Assembly (NCBI GenBank): GCA_040285825.1
Contig: JAUPSS010000004.1
Location: 5,361,784-5,425,783 of the forward strand
Origin: Eukaryota sp. TZLM1-RC
Lineage: Eukaryota > Protista > Metamonada: BaSk clade
Reading direction: 5' to 3'
Length of the DNA stretch: 64,000 nt
The translations under genes and the position numbers were made by a program. Below are positions 43,934 through 55,478 of this stretch, piece by piece; position 1 is the stretch's first letter, and each line of letters opens with the position of its first letter. The notes below the pieces were generated by a model that made no database searches, was not told the origin of the DNA, and was given only the letters and a program-made list of their open reading frames with translations.

Positions 43934-44232
43934 GATCCGGTGCTATAGACCAAGTATGGCCGCATCCAATAGTAAACCGATAGTTGCAAATGTAAACATT
44001 AAATGATCACAAACTTCACAAAATTTATTTAAATCTTGACTTTCTTTTGAATCATTAGATTCCATTAATAAAAACTCATATTTGAATTAATGTCAGAAAT
44101 GATTCTGTTGTTACAAAACTAGATTAAAATACATTTGTAATTCTTTAAAAATGTGATGTCGCATTGAAGCACCACTGCCTAAAATAAGCAGAGAATTAAA
44201 AACAATAATTGTCAGGCAACCAAATATCAAAA

Positions 44233-44351
44233 GGATGCAGCACCCAGTGTTCGCTGGTGGTCTCCCACCCAACTACTGACCAGGCCTGTGGCCGCTTAAC
44301 TTCGGAATTCGGAATGGGATCCGGTGCTATAGACCAAGTATGGCCGCATCC
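44233..44351 (-). rRNA. 5S rRNA copy 8
   Basis: Array consensus. Confidence 0.95.
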
Positions 44352-44618
44352 AATAGTAAACCGATAGTTGCAAATGTAAACATTAAATGATCACAAACTT
44401 CACAAAATTTATTTAAATCTTGACTTTCTTTTTGAATCATTAGATTCCATTAATAAAAACTCATATTTGAATTAATGTCAGAAATGATTCTGTTGTTACA
44501 AAACTAGATTAAAAATACATTTGTAATTCTTTAAAAATGTGATGTCGCATTGAAGCACCACTGCCTAAAATAAGCAGAGAATTAAAAACAATAATTGTCA
44601 GGCAACCAAATATCAAAA

Positions 44619-44737
44619 GGATGCAGCACCCAGTGTTCGCTGGTGGTCTCCCACCCAACTACTGACCAGGCCTGTGGCCGCTTAACTTCGGAATTCGGAA
44701 TGGGATCCGGTGCTATAGACCAAGTATGGCCGCATCC
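44619..44737 (-). rRNA. 5S rRNA copy 9
   Basis: Array consensus. Confidence 0.95.
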
Positions 44738-45002
44738 ATTAGTAAACCGATAGTTGCAAATGTAAACATTAAATGATCACAAACTTCACAAAATTTATTT
44801 AAATCTTGACTTTCTTTTGAATCATTAGATTCCATTAATAAAAACTCATATTTGAATTAATGTCAGAAATGATTCTGTTGTTACAAAACTAGATTAAAAT
44901 ACATTTGTAATTCGTTAAAAATGTGATGTCGCATTGAAGCACCGCTGCCTTAAATAAGCAGAGAATTAAAAACAATAATTGTCAGGCAACCAAATATCAA
45001 AA

Positions 45003-45102
45003 GGATGCAGCACCCAGTGTTCGCTGGTGACCAGGCCTGTGGCCGCTTAACTTCGGAATTCGGAATGGAATCCGGTGCTATAGACCAAGTATGGCCGCAT
45101 CC
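45003..45102 (-). pseudogene. 5S rRNA copy 10 with a 19-nt internal deletion
   Basis: CGCTGGTG|ACCAGG lacks GTCTCCCACCCAACTACTG (box C region). Confidence 0.9.
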
Positions 45103-45367
45103 AATAGTAAACCGATAGTTGCAAATGTAAACATTAAATGATCACAAACTTCACAAAATTTATTAAAATCTTGACTTTCTTTTGAATCATTAGATTCCAT
45201 TAATAAAAACTCATATTTGAATTAATGTCAGAAATGATTCTGTTTTTACAAAATTAGATTATAATACATTTGTAATTCTTTAAAAAAATGATGTCACATT
45301 GAAGCATTGCTGCCTTAACTAAGCAGATGATTAAAAACAATAATTGTCAGGCAACCAAATATCAAAA

Positions 45368-45486
45368 GGATGCAGCACCCAGTGTTCGCTGGTGGTCTCC
45401 CACCCAACTACTGACCAGGCCTGTGGCCGCTTAACTTCGGAATTCGGAATGGGATCCGGTGCTATAGACCAAGTATGGCCGCATCC
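45368..45486 (-). rRNA. 5S rRNA copy 11
   Basis: Array consensus. Confidence 0.95.
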
Positions 45487-45750
45487 AATAGTAAACCGAT
45501 AGTTGCAAATGTAAACATTAAATGATCACAAACTTAACAAAATTTATTAAAATCTTGACTTTCTGTTGAATCATCAGATTCCATTAATAAAAACTCATAT
45601 TTGAATTAATGTCAGAAATGATTCTGTTGTTACAAAACTAGATTAAAATACATTTGTAATTCTTTAAAATTGTGATGTCGCATTGAAGCACCGCTGCTTT
45701 AAATAAGCAGAGAACTAAAACAATAATTGTCAGGCAACCAAATATCAAAA

Positions 45751-45869
45751 GGATGCAGCACCCAGTGTTCGCTGGTGGTCTCCCACCCAACTACTGACCA
45801 GGCCTGTGGCCGCTTAACTTCGGAATTCGGAATGGGATCCGGTGCTATAGACCAAGTATGGCCGCATCC
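45751..45869 (-). rRNA. 5S rRNA copy 12
   Basis: Array consensus. Confidence 0.95.
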
Positions 45870-46133
45870 AATAATAAACCGATAGTTGCAAATGTAAACA
45901 TTAAATGATCACAAACTTAACAAAATTTATTAAAATCTTGACTTTCTGTTGAATCATCAGATTCCATTAATAAAAACTCATATTTGAATTAATGTCAGAA
46001 ATGATTCTGTTGTTACAAAACTAGATTAAAATACATTTGTAATTCTTTAAAATTGTGATGTCGCATTGAAGCACCGCTGCTTTAAATAAGCAGAGAACTA
46101 AAACAATAATTGTCAGGCAACCAAATATCAAAA

Positions 46134-46251
46134 GGATGCAGCACCCAGTGTTCGCTGGTGGTCTCCACCCAACTACTGACCAGGCCTGTGGCCGCTTAAC
46201 TTCGGAATTCGGAATGGGATCCGGTGCTATAGACCAAGTATGGCCGCATCC
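46134..46251 (-). rRNA. 5S rRNA copy 13 (1-nt deletion)
   Basis: CTCCACCC instead of CTCCCACCC. Confidence 0.9.
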
Positions 46252-46515
46252 ATTAATAAACCGATAGTTGCAAATGTAAACATTAAATGATCACAAACTT
46301 AACAAAATTTATTAAAATCTTGACTTTCTGTTGAATCATCAGATTCCATTAATAAAAACTCATATTTGAATTAATGTCAGAAATGATTCTGTTGTTACAA
46401 AACTAGATTAAAATACATTTGTAATTCTTTAAAATTGTAATGTCGCATTGAAGCACCGCTGCTTTAAATAAGCACAGAATTAAAACAATAATTGTCAGGC
46501 AACCAAATATCAAAA

Positions 46516-46634
46516 GGATGCAGCACCCAGTGTTCGCTGGTGGTCTCCCACCCAACTACTGACCAGGCCTGTGGCCGCTTAACTTCGGAATTCGGAATGG
46601 GATCCGGTGCTATAGACCAAGTATGGCCGCATCC
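46516..46634 (-). rRNA. 5S rRNA copy 14
   Basis: Array consensus. Confidence 0.95.
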
Positions 46635-46898
46635 AATAGTAAACCGATAGTTGCAAATGTAAACATTAAATGATCACAAACTGAACAAAATTTATTAAAA
46701 TCTTGACTTTCTTTTGAATCATCAGATTCCATTAATAAAAACTCATATTTGAATTAATGTCAGAAATGATTCTGTTGTTACAAAACTAGATTAAAACACA
46801 TTTGTAATTCTTTAAAAATGTGATGTCGCATTGAAGCACCACTGCCTAAAATAATCAGAGAACTAAAACAATAATTGTCAGGCAACCAAATATCAAAA

Positions 46899-47017
46899 GG
46901 ATGCAGCACCCAGTGTTCGCTGGTGGTCTCCCACCCAACTACTGACCAGGCCTGTGGCCGCTTAACTTCGGAATTCGGAATGGGATCCGGTGCTATAGAC
47001 CAAGTATGGCCGCATCC
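46899..47017 (-). rRNA. 5S rRNA copy 15
   Basis: Array consensus. Confidence 0.95.
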
Positions 47018-47282
47018 AATAGTAAACCGATAGTTGCAAATGTAAACATTAAATGATCACAAACTTAACAAAATTTATTAAAATCTTGACTTTCTGTTGA
47101 ATCATCAGATTCCATTAATAAAAACTCATATTTGAATTAATGTCAGAAATGATTCTGTTGTTACAAAAACTAGATTAAAATACATTTGTAATTCTTTAAA
47201 ATTGTGATGTCGCATTGAAGCACCGCTGCTTTAAATAAGCAGAGAACTAAAACAATAATTGTCAGGCAACCAAATATCAAAA

Positions 47283-47401
47283 GGATGCAGCACCCAGTGT
47301 TCGCTGGTGGTCTCCCACCCAACTACTGACCAGGCCTGTGGCCGCTTAACTTCGGAATTCGGAATGGGATCCGGTGCTATAGACCAAGTATGGCCGCATC
47401 C
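47283..47401 (-). rRNA. 5S rRNA copy 16
   Basis: Array consensus. Confidence 0.95.
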
Positions 47402-47665
47402 AATAATAAACCGATAGTTGCAAATGTAAACATTAAATGATCACAAACTTAACAAAATTTATTAAAATCTTGACTTTCTGTTGAATCATCAGATTCCATT
47501 AATAAAAACTCATATTTGAATTAATGTCAGAAATGATTCTGTTGTTACAAAACTAGATTAAAATACATTTGTAATTCTTTAAAATTGTGATGTCGCATTG
47601 AAGCACCGCTGCTTTAAATAAGCAGAGAACTAAAACAATAATTGTCAGGCAACCAAATATCAAAA

Positions 47666-47783
47666 GGATGCAGCACCCAGTGTTCGCTGGTGGTCTCCAC
47701 CCAACTACTGACCAGGCCTGTGGCCGCTTAACTTCGGAATTCGGAATGGGATCCGGTGCTATAGACCAAGTATGGCCGCATCC
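47666..47783 (-). rRNA. 5S rRNA copy 17 (1-nt deletion)
   Basis: Same deletion as copy 13. Confidence 0.9.
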
Positions 47784-48048
47784 ATTAATAAACCGATAGT
47801 TGCAAATGTAAACATTAAATGATCACAAACTTAACAAAATTTATTAAAATCTTGACTTTCTTTTGAATCATCAGATTCCATTAATAAAAACTCATATTTG
47901 AATTAATGTCAGAAATGATTCTGTTGTTACAAAACTAGATTAAAACACATTTGTAATTCTTTAAAAATGTGATGTCGCATTGAAGCACCACTGCCTAAAA
48001 TAATCAGAGAATTAAAAACAATAATTGTCAGGCAACCAAATATCAAAA

Positions 48049-48166
48049 GGATGCAGCACCCAGTGTTCGCTGGTGGTCTCCACCCAACTACTGACCAGGC
48101 CTGTGGCCGCTTAACTTCGGAATTCGGAATGGGATCCGGTGCTATAGACCAAGTATGGCCGCATCC
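48049..48166 (-). rRNA. 5S rRNA copy 18 (1-nt deletion)
   Basis: Same deletion as copy 13. Confidence 0.9.
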
Positions 48167-48430
48167 ATTAATAAACCGATAGTTGCAAATGTAAACATTA
48201 AATGATCACAAACTTAACAAAATTTATTAAAATCTTGACTTTCTGTTGAATCATCAGATTCCATTAATAAAAACTCATATTTGAATTAATGTCAGAAATG
48301 ATTCTGTTGTTACAAAACTAGATTAAAATACATTTGTAATTCTTTAAAATTGTAATGTCGCATTGAAGCACCGCTGCTTTAAATAAGCACAGAATTAAAA
48401 CAATAATTGTCAGGCAACCAAATATCAAAA

Positions 48431-48549
48431 GGATGCAGCACCCAGTGTTCGCTGGTGGTCTCCCACCCAACTACTGACCAGGCCTGTGGCCGCTTAACTT
48501 CGGAATTCGGAATGGGATCCGGTGCTATAGACCAAGTATGGCCGCATCC
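48431..48549 (-). rRNA. 5S rRNA copy 19
   Basis: Array consensus. Confidence 0.95.
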
Positions 48550-48814
48550 AATAGTAAACCGATAGTTGCAAATGTAAACATTAAATGATCACAAACTGAA
48601 CAAAATTTATTAAAATCTTGACTTTCTTTTGAATCATCAGATTCCATTAATAAAAACTCATATTTGAATTAATGTCAGAAATGATTCTGTTGTTACAAAA
48701 CTAGATTAAAACACATTTGTAATTCTTTAAAAATGTGATGTCGCATTGAAGCACCACTGCCTAAAATAATCAGAGAATTAAAAACAATAATTGTCAGGCA
48801 ACCAAATATCAAAA

Positions 48815-48906
48815 GGATGCAGCACCCAGTGTTCGCTGGTGGTCTCCCACCCAACTACTGACCAGGCCTGTGGCCGCTTAACTTCGGAATTCGGAATGGG
48901 ATCCGA
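48815..48906 (-). pseudogene. 5S rRNA copy 20, 5'-truncated (lacks nt 1-28)
   Basis: Homology stops at ...GGGATCCG|AAGATTTTTG. Confidence 0.92.
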
Positions 48907-49887
48907 AGATTTTTGAACTTAATGAACTCCAATTGAAACTGCATTGAAGACACTTGTAATGTTAGTCAACATGGCTTCCTTGCAGAGATTGATTTTGACT
49001 AATTTCATATTAATGTAGTGTGATACGATAATAAGTCTGAAGACATCCACGCTGCTATGAGTGAAACCTATCCCCTTGAATTCAGGTTCGGACTCTTGAG
49101 AAAGCAGATTTTCTGGTTAATAACCTATTTCTGAACCTTCACTGTTTTGAATGTGCGTGGTTGATAATAATTTGTGTAAATACTAGTGAATAATATTTAT
49201 ATAATAATATATAATGTTAGTGACGGTAGTATTATAGGTGATTTAAATTGTAACTAAAAGTGCTAATACTCACCACATAACTAATAGTTCCCAAATAAAA
49301 TATTATCGATTCATGTTTTATTATAGTGTTCGTTCAAGTGTTGGTAAAAAGAATAGTGTTGGTGAAAGAAGTGGTGTGGTGAAAGAGGATTTTATAATTA
49401 AGGTGAAGATTGAGGAAGATTTACCTGTTCAATGAATAGAATCTAATACTCCTCTTTTAAAATTAACACAGTAATGTTATTAATTCTAGGATCTGACTGG
49501 TACATACCAGCTTCAAGCTGCAGCTGCTTCGATAATTTCAAATTATTGTCTTCAATATAATTGCAAATAAAGGGCAACTGACTCAACCACATCTAAAAAA
49601 TAGACTAAACGTATACATTTTCTACTTGAATTGTTTGTGGTCTGAAATTGAGTTCTGTCTACTCAAACATAAAGCTGAAATTTGAAATGTAAGACCCATA
49701 TAGGACAAAAGGTAGTTAATTGAGTTGGTGAAAGAAATAATTTCACCAATATGCAACCAAAGTGAGAAGTTCTCACTTTGGTTCGATAGTTGAGTTATGG
49801 GTTTAGTATTTGTTAGTTGAAATAAATAATTTATTCATAATGATTTGACAATGTCAGAAGGTAACAACATTTTATAGGCTAAAAAAT

Positions 49888-49979
49888 ACACCACCGTGTG
49901 GTCCAATTTTACCACCAGGTGGACCACGCGGTGGCACATGGTGGTTGGTGCCACCGCGTGGTCAAAATTCCGAACACTG
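49888..49979. repeat. GC-rich inverted repeat with ACCAC/GTGGT repeats; possible orphan DNA-transposon terminus
   Basis: Perfect 16-bp IR 49922-49937 / 49948-49963; the minus strand begins CAGTGTTCGGAATTTT at 49979. Confidence 0.5.
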
Positions 49980-50024
49980 GTGAGAACCACATTTGAATTT
50001 CCCCATTTTTAGACATTTGTAGCA

Positions 50025-50912
50025 ATGGTGACTTCAGTGACAATGTTGCGTCAACGTCTTTCTTCACACTTCCTAGATAGTGTTGATCTCACCATTGACC
50101 ACGAGATGAAATCCTTTTTCGATGCAGAGTCGATACATCTAACAAAACCTTCCATCAACTATGATGTCCCATACGATCAACCTCTCACCCAACCTTCTCC
50201 ATCTTCTGCACCCACATATCACTTTCCACATCTCACATCAGCTATATCTAAAATATCCCCTCCTGTTTTTGTTAAACTCAATAATACAGCTCCTACTGAT
50301 GCGTCCTGGTTGTTTGGCTCACTTCAAGTATATGACGCACCTTCAGCAATGGCTTTGATTAAAGCGTCTGATCGTTGTTGTGAGGTAATGGCTGATCACT
50401 CTGTGATTAGTGTCACCAAGTATATTGAGATTCCTTTATTCTCAGAATTTAGGTTGTTTGTCAAGGATGGTTTTTTATATTGCATTTGTCAACGACATTA
50501 TCAGTTTTATTTTTCAGAAGTAGTTTCAAAAATTGATCAAATTGAAAACATATTTACAAAGTTTATATCAAATTATTTCCCTATTTTAAGTGTTTTCTCT
50601 GAGATTTTAGTATTTAATGTTTGCATTGACATCTTAAACGGTCATATTAACTGGTTAAATCCCCGAATTGTGATCTTAGATATTGAGCTCATTGATGCAG
50701 GATGTCCTAAATTTAGAAATTTGGACCTCTCCGCTCTTTCTCAGAAATCTCCATCAAAACCATCTATGATTATCAACACAACCGCTGAAGCTTCAATATC
50801 GTCATCTGTTGCTGCGTTTCCATCTCTACCTCTAGAAATGCAACAATGTCACAATGAAGAAGAAATGATGGAAATCTTGAGATCAATCAAGAAGGAAGAA
50901 GGTGAGCACTAG
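50025..50912 (+). CDS. CDC123: Cdc123/D123 ATP-grasp protein
   Basis: VFVKLN..APTDASW, LIKASDR, EFRLFVK..L..ICQR. Confidence 0.85.
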   Translation: MVTSVTMLRQRLSSHFLDSVDLTIDHEMKSFFDAESIHLTKPSINYDVPYDQPLTQPSPSSAPTYHFPHLTSAISKISPPVFVKLNNTAPTDASWLFGSLQVYDAPSAMALIKASDRCCEVMADHSVISVTKYIEIPLFSEFRLFVKDGFLYCICQRHYQFYFSEVVSKIDQIENIFTKFISNYFPILSVFSEILVFNVCIDILNGHINWLNPRIVILDIELIDAGCPKFRNLDLSALSQKSPSKPSMIINTTAEASISSSVAAFPSLPLEMQQCHNEEEMMEILRSIKKEEGEH

Positions 50913-51149
50913 AATTGAATTTTTTTTATTATTTATTTATTATTTATTTTTTTTGAATATTATTTGTTTTTATTTGGTGAATTGATTTTGAAATATGGAT
51001 TTTCACAATAACCTATTAATTTTTTTGAATTATTTTTGTAATAAAATTAAATAAGTAAGGGGTTATATTATTACATTTGTTTAAAATATTTTATTCATGA
51101 GACTAACACATTTAACTGGCTGTCCATTTTCACTTTAATAGTTCATCAT

Positions 51150-51360
51150 AATAAGTTATTATTTTAAAGCTTTGTTGCTCAGGTAAGATTGCTCCTATTT
51201 TAAGAATCACTTCTCCAGACATTTCCCATAAATTTTGCCGCTCATTGTATTATTTGCGAACAAACTTTTTGCCTTTTTGATTGTTGTTAATCCTGATCTA
51301 ATTCAAAATCATGTGTTTTTCATCAGCTTCTATGGTATCAATTTTACCAAAACTCCAAAT
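51150..51360 (+). mobile_element. CRE-like post-RT shard
   Basis: Degenerate match to ILKVCYSGEITPILRTTS.DIS..CRS...VNPDLI..HVFSS of 8477-8986. Confidence 0.6.
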
Positions 51361-51699
51361 CTTTAATCTTAATCTTTAATCCAAATCTTTATCAAGCTGT
51401 ACTTCTTGGTGCACGAAACAAAACGAATGGAGATGAAAGCGGAAACGGAAACAATAAAGAGAGATAACTCATTCCTAAATATACAAAGTCAACCATCTAT
51501 GAAATATTAACATTTCAAGCTCTCAAAATGCTCACATCGGCTCATTTCTACAAGAGAACATCGCACAAGGTTGTATAGTGGAATGAAATGATGTGAACAC
51601 CATGGGCAATGACTTAAAGTTACAACAAGTTCAGTTTTGCACATTTTTACCTGGATTTTTTTACCTATATTGGATGGAACCTTCATTGTATTGTAGGTA

Positions 51700-52145
51700 T
51701 TATCAAAGCATCTGCGGTTTCTAAGGCATTGAGTTCTTTTAGAGGGACTAAAATTGTATATCCAGTAAAAGAGTCTACACAAACTAATAGATATTTATTT
51801 CCTTCGTTGTCAGTGTTCAGAGGTCCAATTGTATCGACGTTTAATCTGGCAAATGGACAATCTGCCCATAGAGATCCTGTGGAAGGTGTTTTTTATCTTT
51901 TAACTGGAGCCGTTTTTTGACAAGTTGGGCAACTTTTGACATGATTTATGAGGTCCTTTCTCATATAAGGGCCAGTAGAAGTCACATTTGGATAGTTTGT
52001 GTAAACTATCGTTTTTGCTGGGGTGGCCGGATTGGACTAAACCATGTATCAATAATAGTGCCTGTTTTCTGAGACTCTTTGGAATTAAAATTTTATTTTT
52101 ATTATTTTTCCAAATTTGGGTATTTTTATCTAGAATTGCATTTGC
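51700..52145 (-). mobile_element. Ty3/Gypsy-type integrase fragment (H2C2 finger plus start of rve core)
   Basis: IHG..SGH...FYWP...CPTCQK, then PFARLNVDTIGPL...GNKYLLVCVDSFT across frameshifts. Confidence 0.8.
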
Positions 52146-53200
52146 AAATATCAAACGAAATTCCCGATGGTCCAGCAGCTTTACCTTTTGGTAATTTTTT
52201 AATTGCAGCAAGAACTTCTGAGGCATTTATTGGATTAGTAGACCAAAATTAACAAATATTGGGTTTTAGACAAATGAAATTTTCTTCAGGATGGAGCTTT
52301 TTCAATTTTTCAACTGTCTCAAGGGTTGGTTTAGCAATATCAGGGGAAAACAACGACTGCACTCCAGCACCATATCTACCTCGAAGACACAATTTCCTTA
52401 ATTGTTGAACTTTTGGTATTGGATTTTGTTTATAAACAGCATTTTTGTTCACAAACGATTTCTTTTTTGCAAAAAATTTCCAAAAACTGCTTACATCCCA
52501 TTCATTTTTCTTCAACTTACTTGTAAATGAACGAAGTTCGATAGACAATGGGATTGAAGAAGCAGGGCTGACTTCAACAGGAATTTTCACTGGTGGTCTC
52601 AGGGTATCTTGTGCTTTACATGATCGACAAAATAGCACTGGTCTACCCTGATTGACTTCACTAATGGCTTTTTGACAAAATGGACATGTATTTACATTAA
52701 AATTTGAATTATGACTAAAAGAAGAATTTTCACGATTATTAGACAAGTGCAAATTTTCAGACAATAACACTTCAGAACTTTTAACATTGTGATTAATTGC
52801 ACGAACTTCCACATTGTTGGACTCAAGAAAACAACTGTTTAGCACGTGGTTAACTGATTCGAATTTTAAAGCATTAATTTTGTTTTCTTTACAAGTCCTA
52901 GAATTATGACCACTAATACCGCAAATGGAACATTTAGGTCTTGAATTAATTTTTCGAGCAATTAAGTTATTTGATTGATTATCTATTGCATTGGAAAAAG
53001 AGCAATGTTGTTGAATGGGAGAACGAAATGCAAGATTACTGTTCTGAGGCTTCATAATTGGTTTCAACAAAGAAAATTTTTGCTGTTGTGCAGGTAATTT
53101 GTTTCTCGCAAGAGAATGGATACTACGACGTGGAGTAGCTGAACTGGTTTTTGAGCAATACGTTGATTTTTCAAAATTTTCAAAAAAATTTTGAAGAAAA
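52146..53200 (-). mobile_element. CRE-like retrotransposon N-terminal part (zinc knuckle, C4 finger, pre-RT region)
   Basis: CSICGISGHNSRTC, CPFC..CRSC, GRYGAGVQSL...LKKLHP, then PKGKAAGPSGISFD in a shifted frame. Confidence 0.8.
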
Positions 53201-53385
53201 TTTTCATGAGGGCAAAAATGAAGAGGGAAGAGGGTGTGTAGGAAGAGGGGATGAAAGGGGTCCAGATGGTTCGACAATTGAACGGCATGTAATTGATGCG
53301 TTGTCGTCCCAGTCATCGGAACTGACATCTTCATCCATGTTTTAGCTTTACCTTTTTTTACCAAAATTTTAATTTTATTAAAAAC

Positions 53386-54838
53386 CTATAAATCAACATC
53401 TAAAAAATTCATCTCTCCCAGAACAAAAACACAAGATGCAACTCTCTCATAGTGAGATCCAAGAGAAAGCTAAGCATCAGAAACCATCTTCAACATCCCC
53501 TTAAAAATAGAAAACAAAATTTCATTTTGCCAAAACAATCTGTTGAAATTTCTGCCAGTTCTTCTCTTTACAATCATTTCAAAATCATCCAAAAAACGTA
53601 AAGCAGTTGGTGCAAGTGAACCAAAAAAGGAAAATACAAATGGATACAAATTGTATTTTGCATGCTGTAGACTGGCCAATTTGGACAAAGGTTCATTGTA
53701 TTTTTTGAATTTAAAATTTTCAGCATTTGAAAGGGGATTATGAATTTCAGAATTAACTAGCCTTTCATTTGAGGCATTACAAGGATCAACAGACATTACA
53801 TCCAATAAAATGAAACTTCCATCTAATCCAGGTAATATAACATCAGCTCTATTATTCTTATGAAAATCATCTTCAGCATCAAACAGACTTGACAACAGAG
53901 GTTCCAAGAAGGATTCAATTCTATGAGATTTACACATACAATATAACTGGTCTCTTACAGCATCATGAACCTTGCTTCTAAAAGTAATAAAATGTTTACA
54001 ATTTAACAAATGAGTAATTGTAATTTCTCGAGAACATTTACAAATTAAATTATGAGGTAAATTATCAGGCCAAATAAAGGAACGAAATCTCATATTCAGA
54101 GTCCAAGCAGAATCAGTTAAGAGAGTACCATAAACTTGGCGAATTGTTGTTACTAAGGCAGAAGAAGTACTGTCACACATATCTTGTAAAGGATTTGCAA
54201 AAGCGGGATTCTTTTTTCTTGGCCAAGCCAAGTCTAACATCAAAATCTAAGCTTTCAAAAATCTTTGACAATTTTTGTTGAAGCTTCTTACAGCAAAACT
54301 GCAAATTAAAGTGAGATCGGTTTGGAATTTCTTGAATTGATTGGTGAAAACAATTTGGTTCAAATCTGTGGTGGCAATCTATCAAGTTCACAAGATAACT
54401 CATTCGAATATGGACTGCAACTGGGAACTAACAGATGAGAATCTTCAGGAAATCTATGAGAAAATTCATAAATAAAATTCTTGCATCCACCCAAAAATGC
54501 TGATTGACACAAAATGGAATATTTAGTAAATCCAATACCACCCAAACTTGCTGAAGAAAATAGCTGATTTTTCAACATTTCTGGTTCTACATCCAATAAA
54601 TCAGCAAAAAATTCTGTTCTCAATGAATTAAAGGAACGACAAAAATCTAATGCTATTGAAGGAGCACAAGATCTCAAAATGTGGGCTATTCTCCCAGTGT
54701 AGCAAATTTTAAGCATGAAAAATTTAATATGTTTTTCTAGTTCTAAAGAAGAAATTGAATCAAGTTCAATTTTCGTTTTCTCCAAAATAACTTGTAATTC
54801 ATTCTGAATTTGAGGCACGTTTTCTAACCAACAACCAA
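53386..54838 (-). mobile_element. CRE-like retrotransposon 3' half (post-RT plus RLE)
   Basis: LEKHIKFFMLKICY, LGGIG, CKC..HLLNC..HD, RAD..LDV; near-identical to the insertion at 28824-29710. Confidence 0.9.
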
Positions 54839-55385
54839 CGTGGTACAATGGTTACAAAAAGTGAAGAATCTGATGACTAATTCTCACAAACACCTTTTTC
54901 CAATAACAATGAGTGAAGATCTTGATTTAAAACAGCCGAGCTGCATATATTTTTATAAAGATCATTTTCATACATTCCAATCGTCACACAGTCAATTGTT
55001 TCAGTTATGTTCGAAGAGAGTATTTTAAATTTAAAAAATTCTTTTCCGGAGTATTAGCATTCAATGATTGGGGAGACCATCGACTCCATTTTTCTACTTC
55101 AATTTTTGAAATTTCATTATCTAATGCAACAACAGTAGAACTTTGCGTTGTCATTACTAAGTCTTCCCAATCGGCAAATCTTTCAGGAAACTCAAATATT
55201 GCATTTCTGCATCCACCAATAAAAACACATGAAGTAAGAATAGAAGTCTTTGTCCAACCTAAAACCGCCATAATGTGGACTAAGATAAGCATGATCAGGA
55301 ATTCGGAACATTTTACATCCTAGTAATTGTGACTAGACTTTTGCAAGTAATTCATTAAACTTCTGGGTCAAAGGATTAGTGATAC
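54839..55385 (-). mobile_element. CRE-like subfamily 2 fragment
   Basis: Homologous to 6345-6890. Confidence 0.8.
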
Positions 55386-55478
55386 AGTATATAAAGTTAC
55401 CTTAAAGATTGTATGACAAAATCTCGAAATTTGTTATTTGTGTGACACCTACAATCTCATATTATTTTAATTTGACAG

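Larger units (their letters stand above)
41256..43967 (-). pseudogene. 5S rRNA copy 7 split by hAT insertion (nt 1-34 at 43934-43967; nt 27-119 at 41256-41348)
   Basis: Both halves match the consensus and share the duplicated GATCCGGT. Confidence 0.95.
38953..48906 (-). repeat. 5S rDNA tandem array, 20 gene copies, ~383-bp unit, interrupted by a hAT element
   Basis: Repeated 119-nt 5S gene plus ~264-bp AT-rich spacer. Confidence 0.97.

Noticed and set aside
38953-48906. Repeat array as a CRISPR array
   Set aside because: The units are near-identical 5S genes plus constant spacers; no unique spacers and no cas genes.
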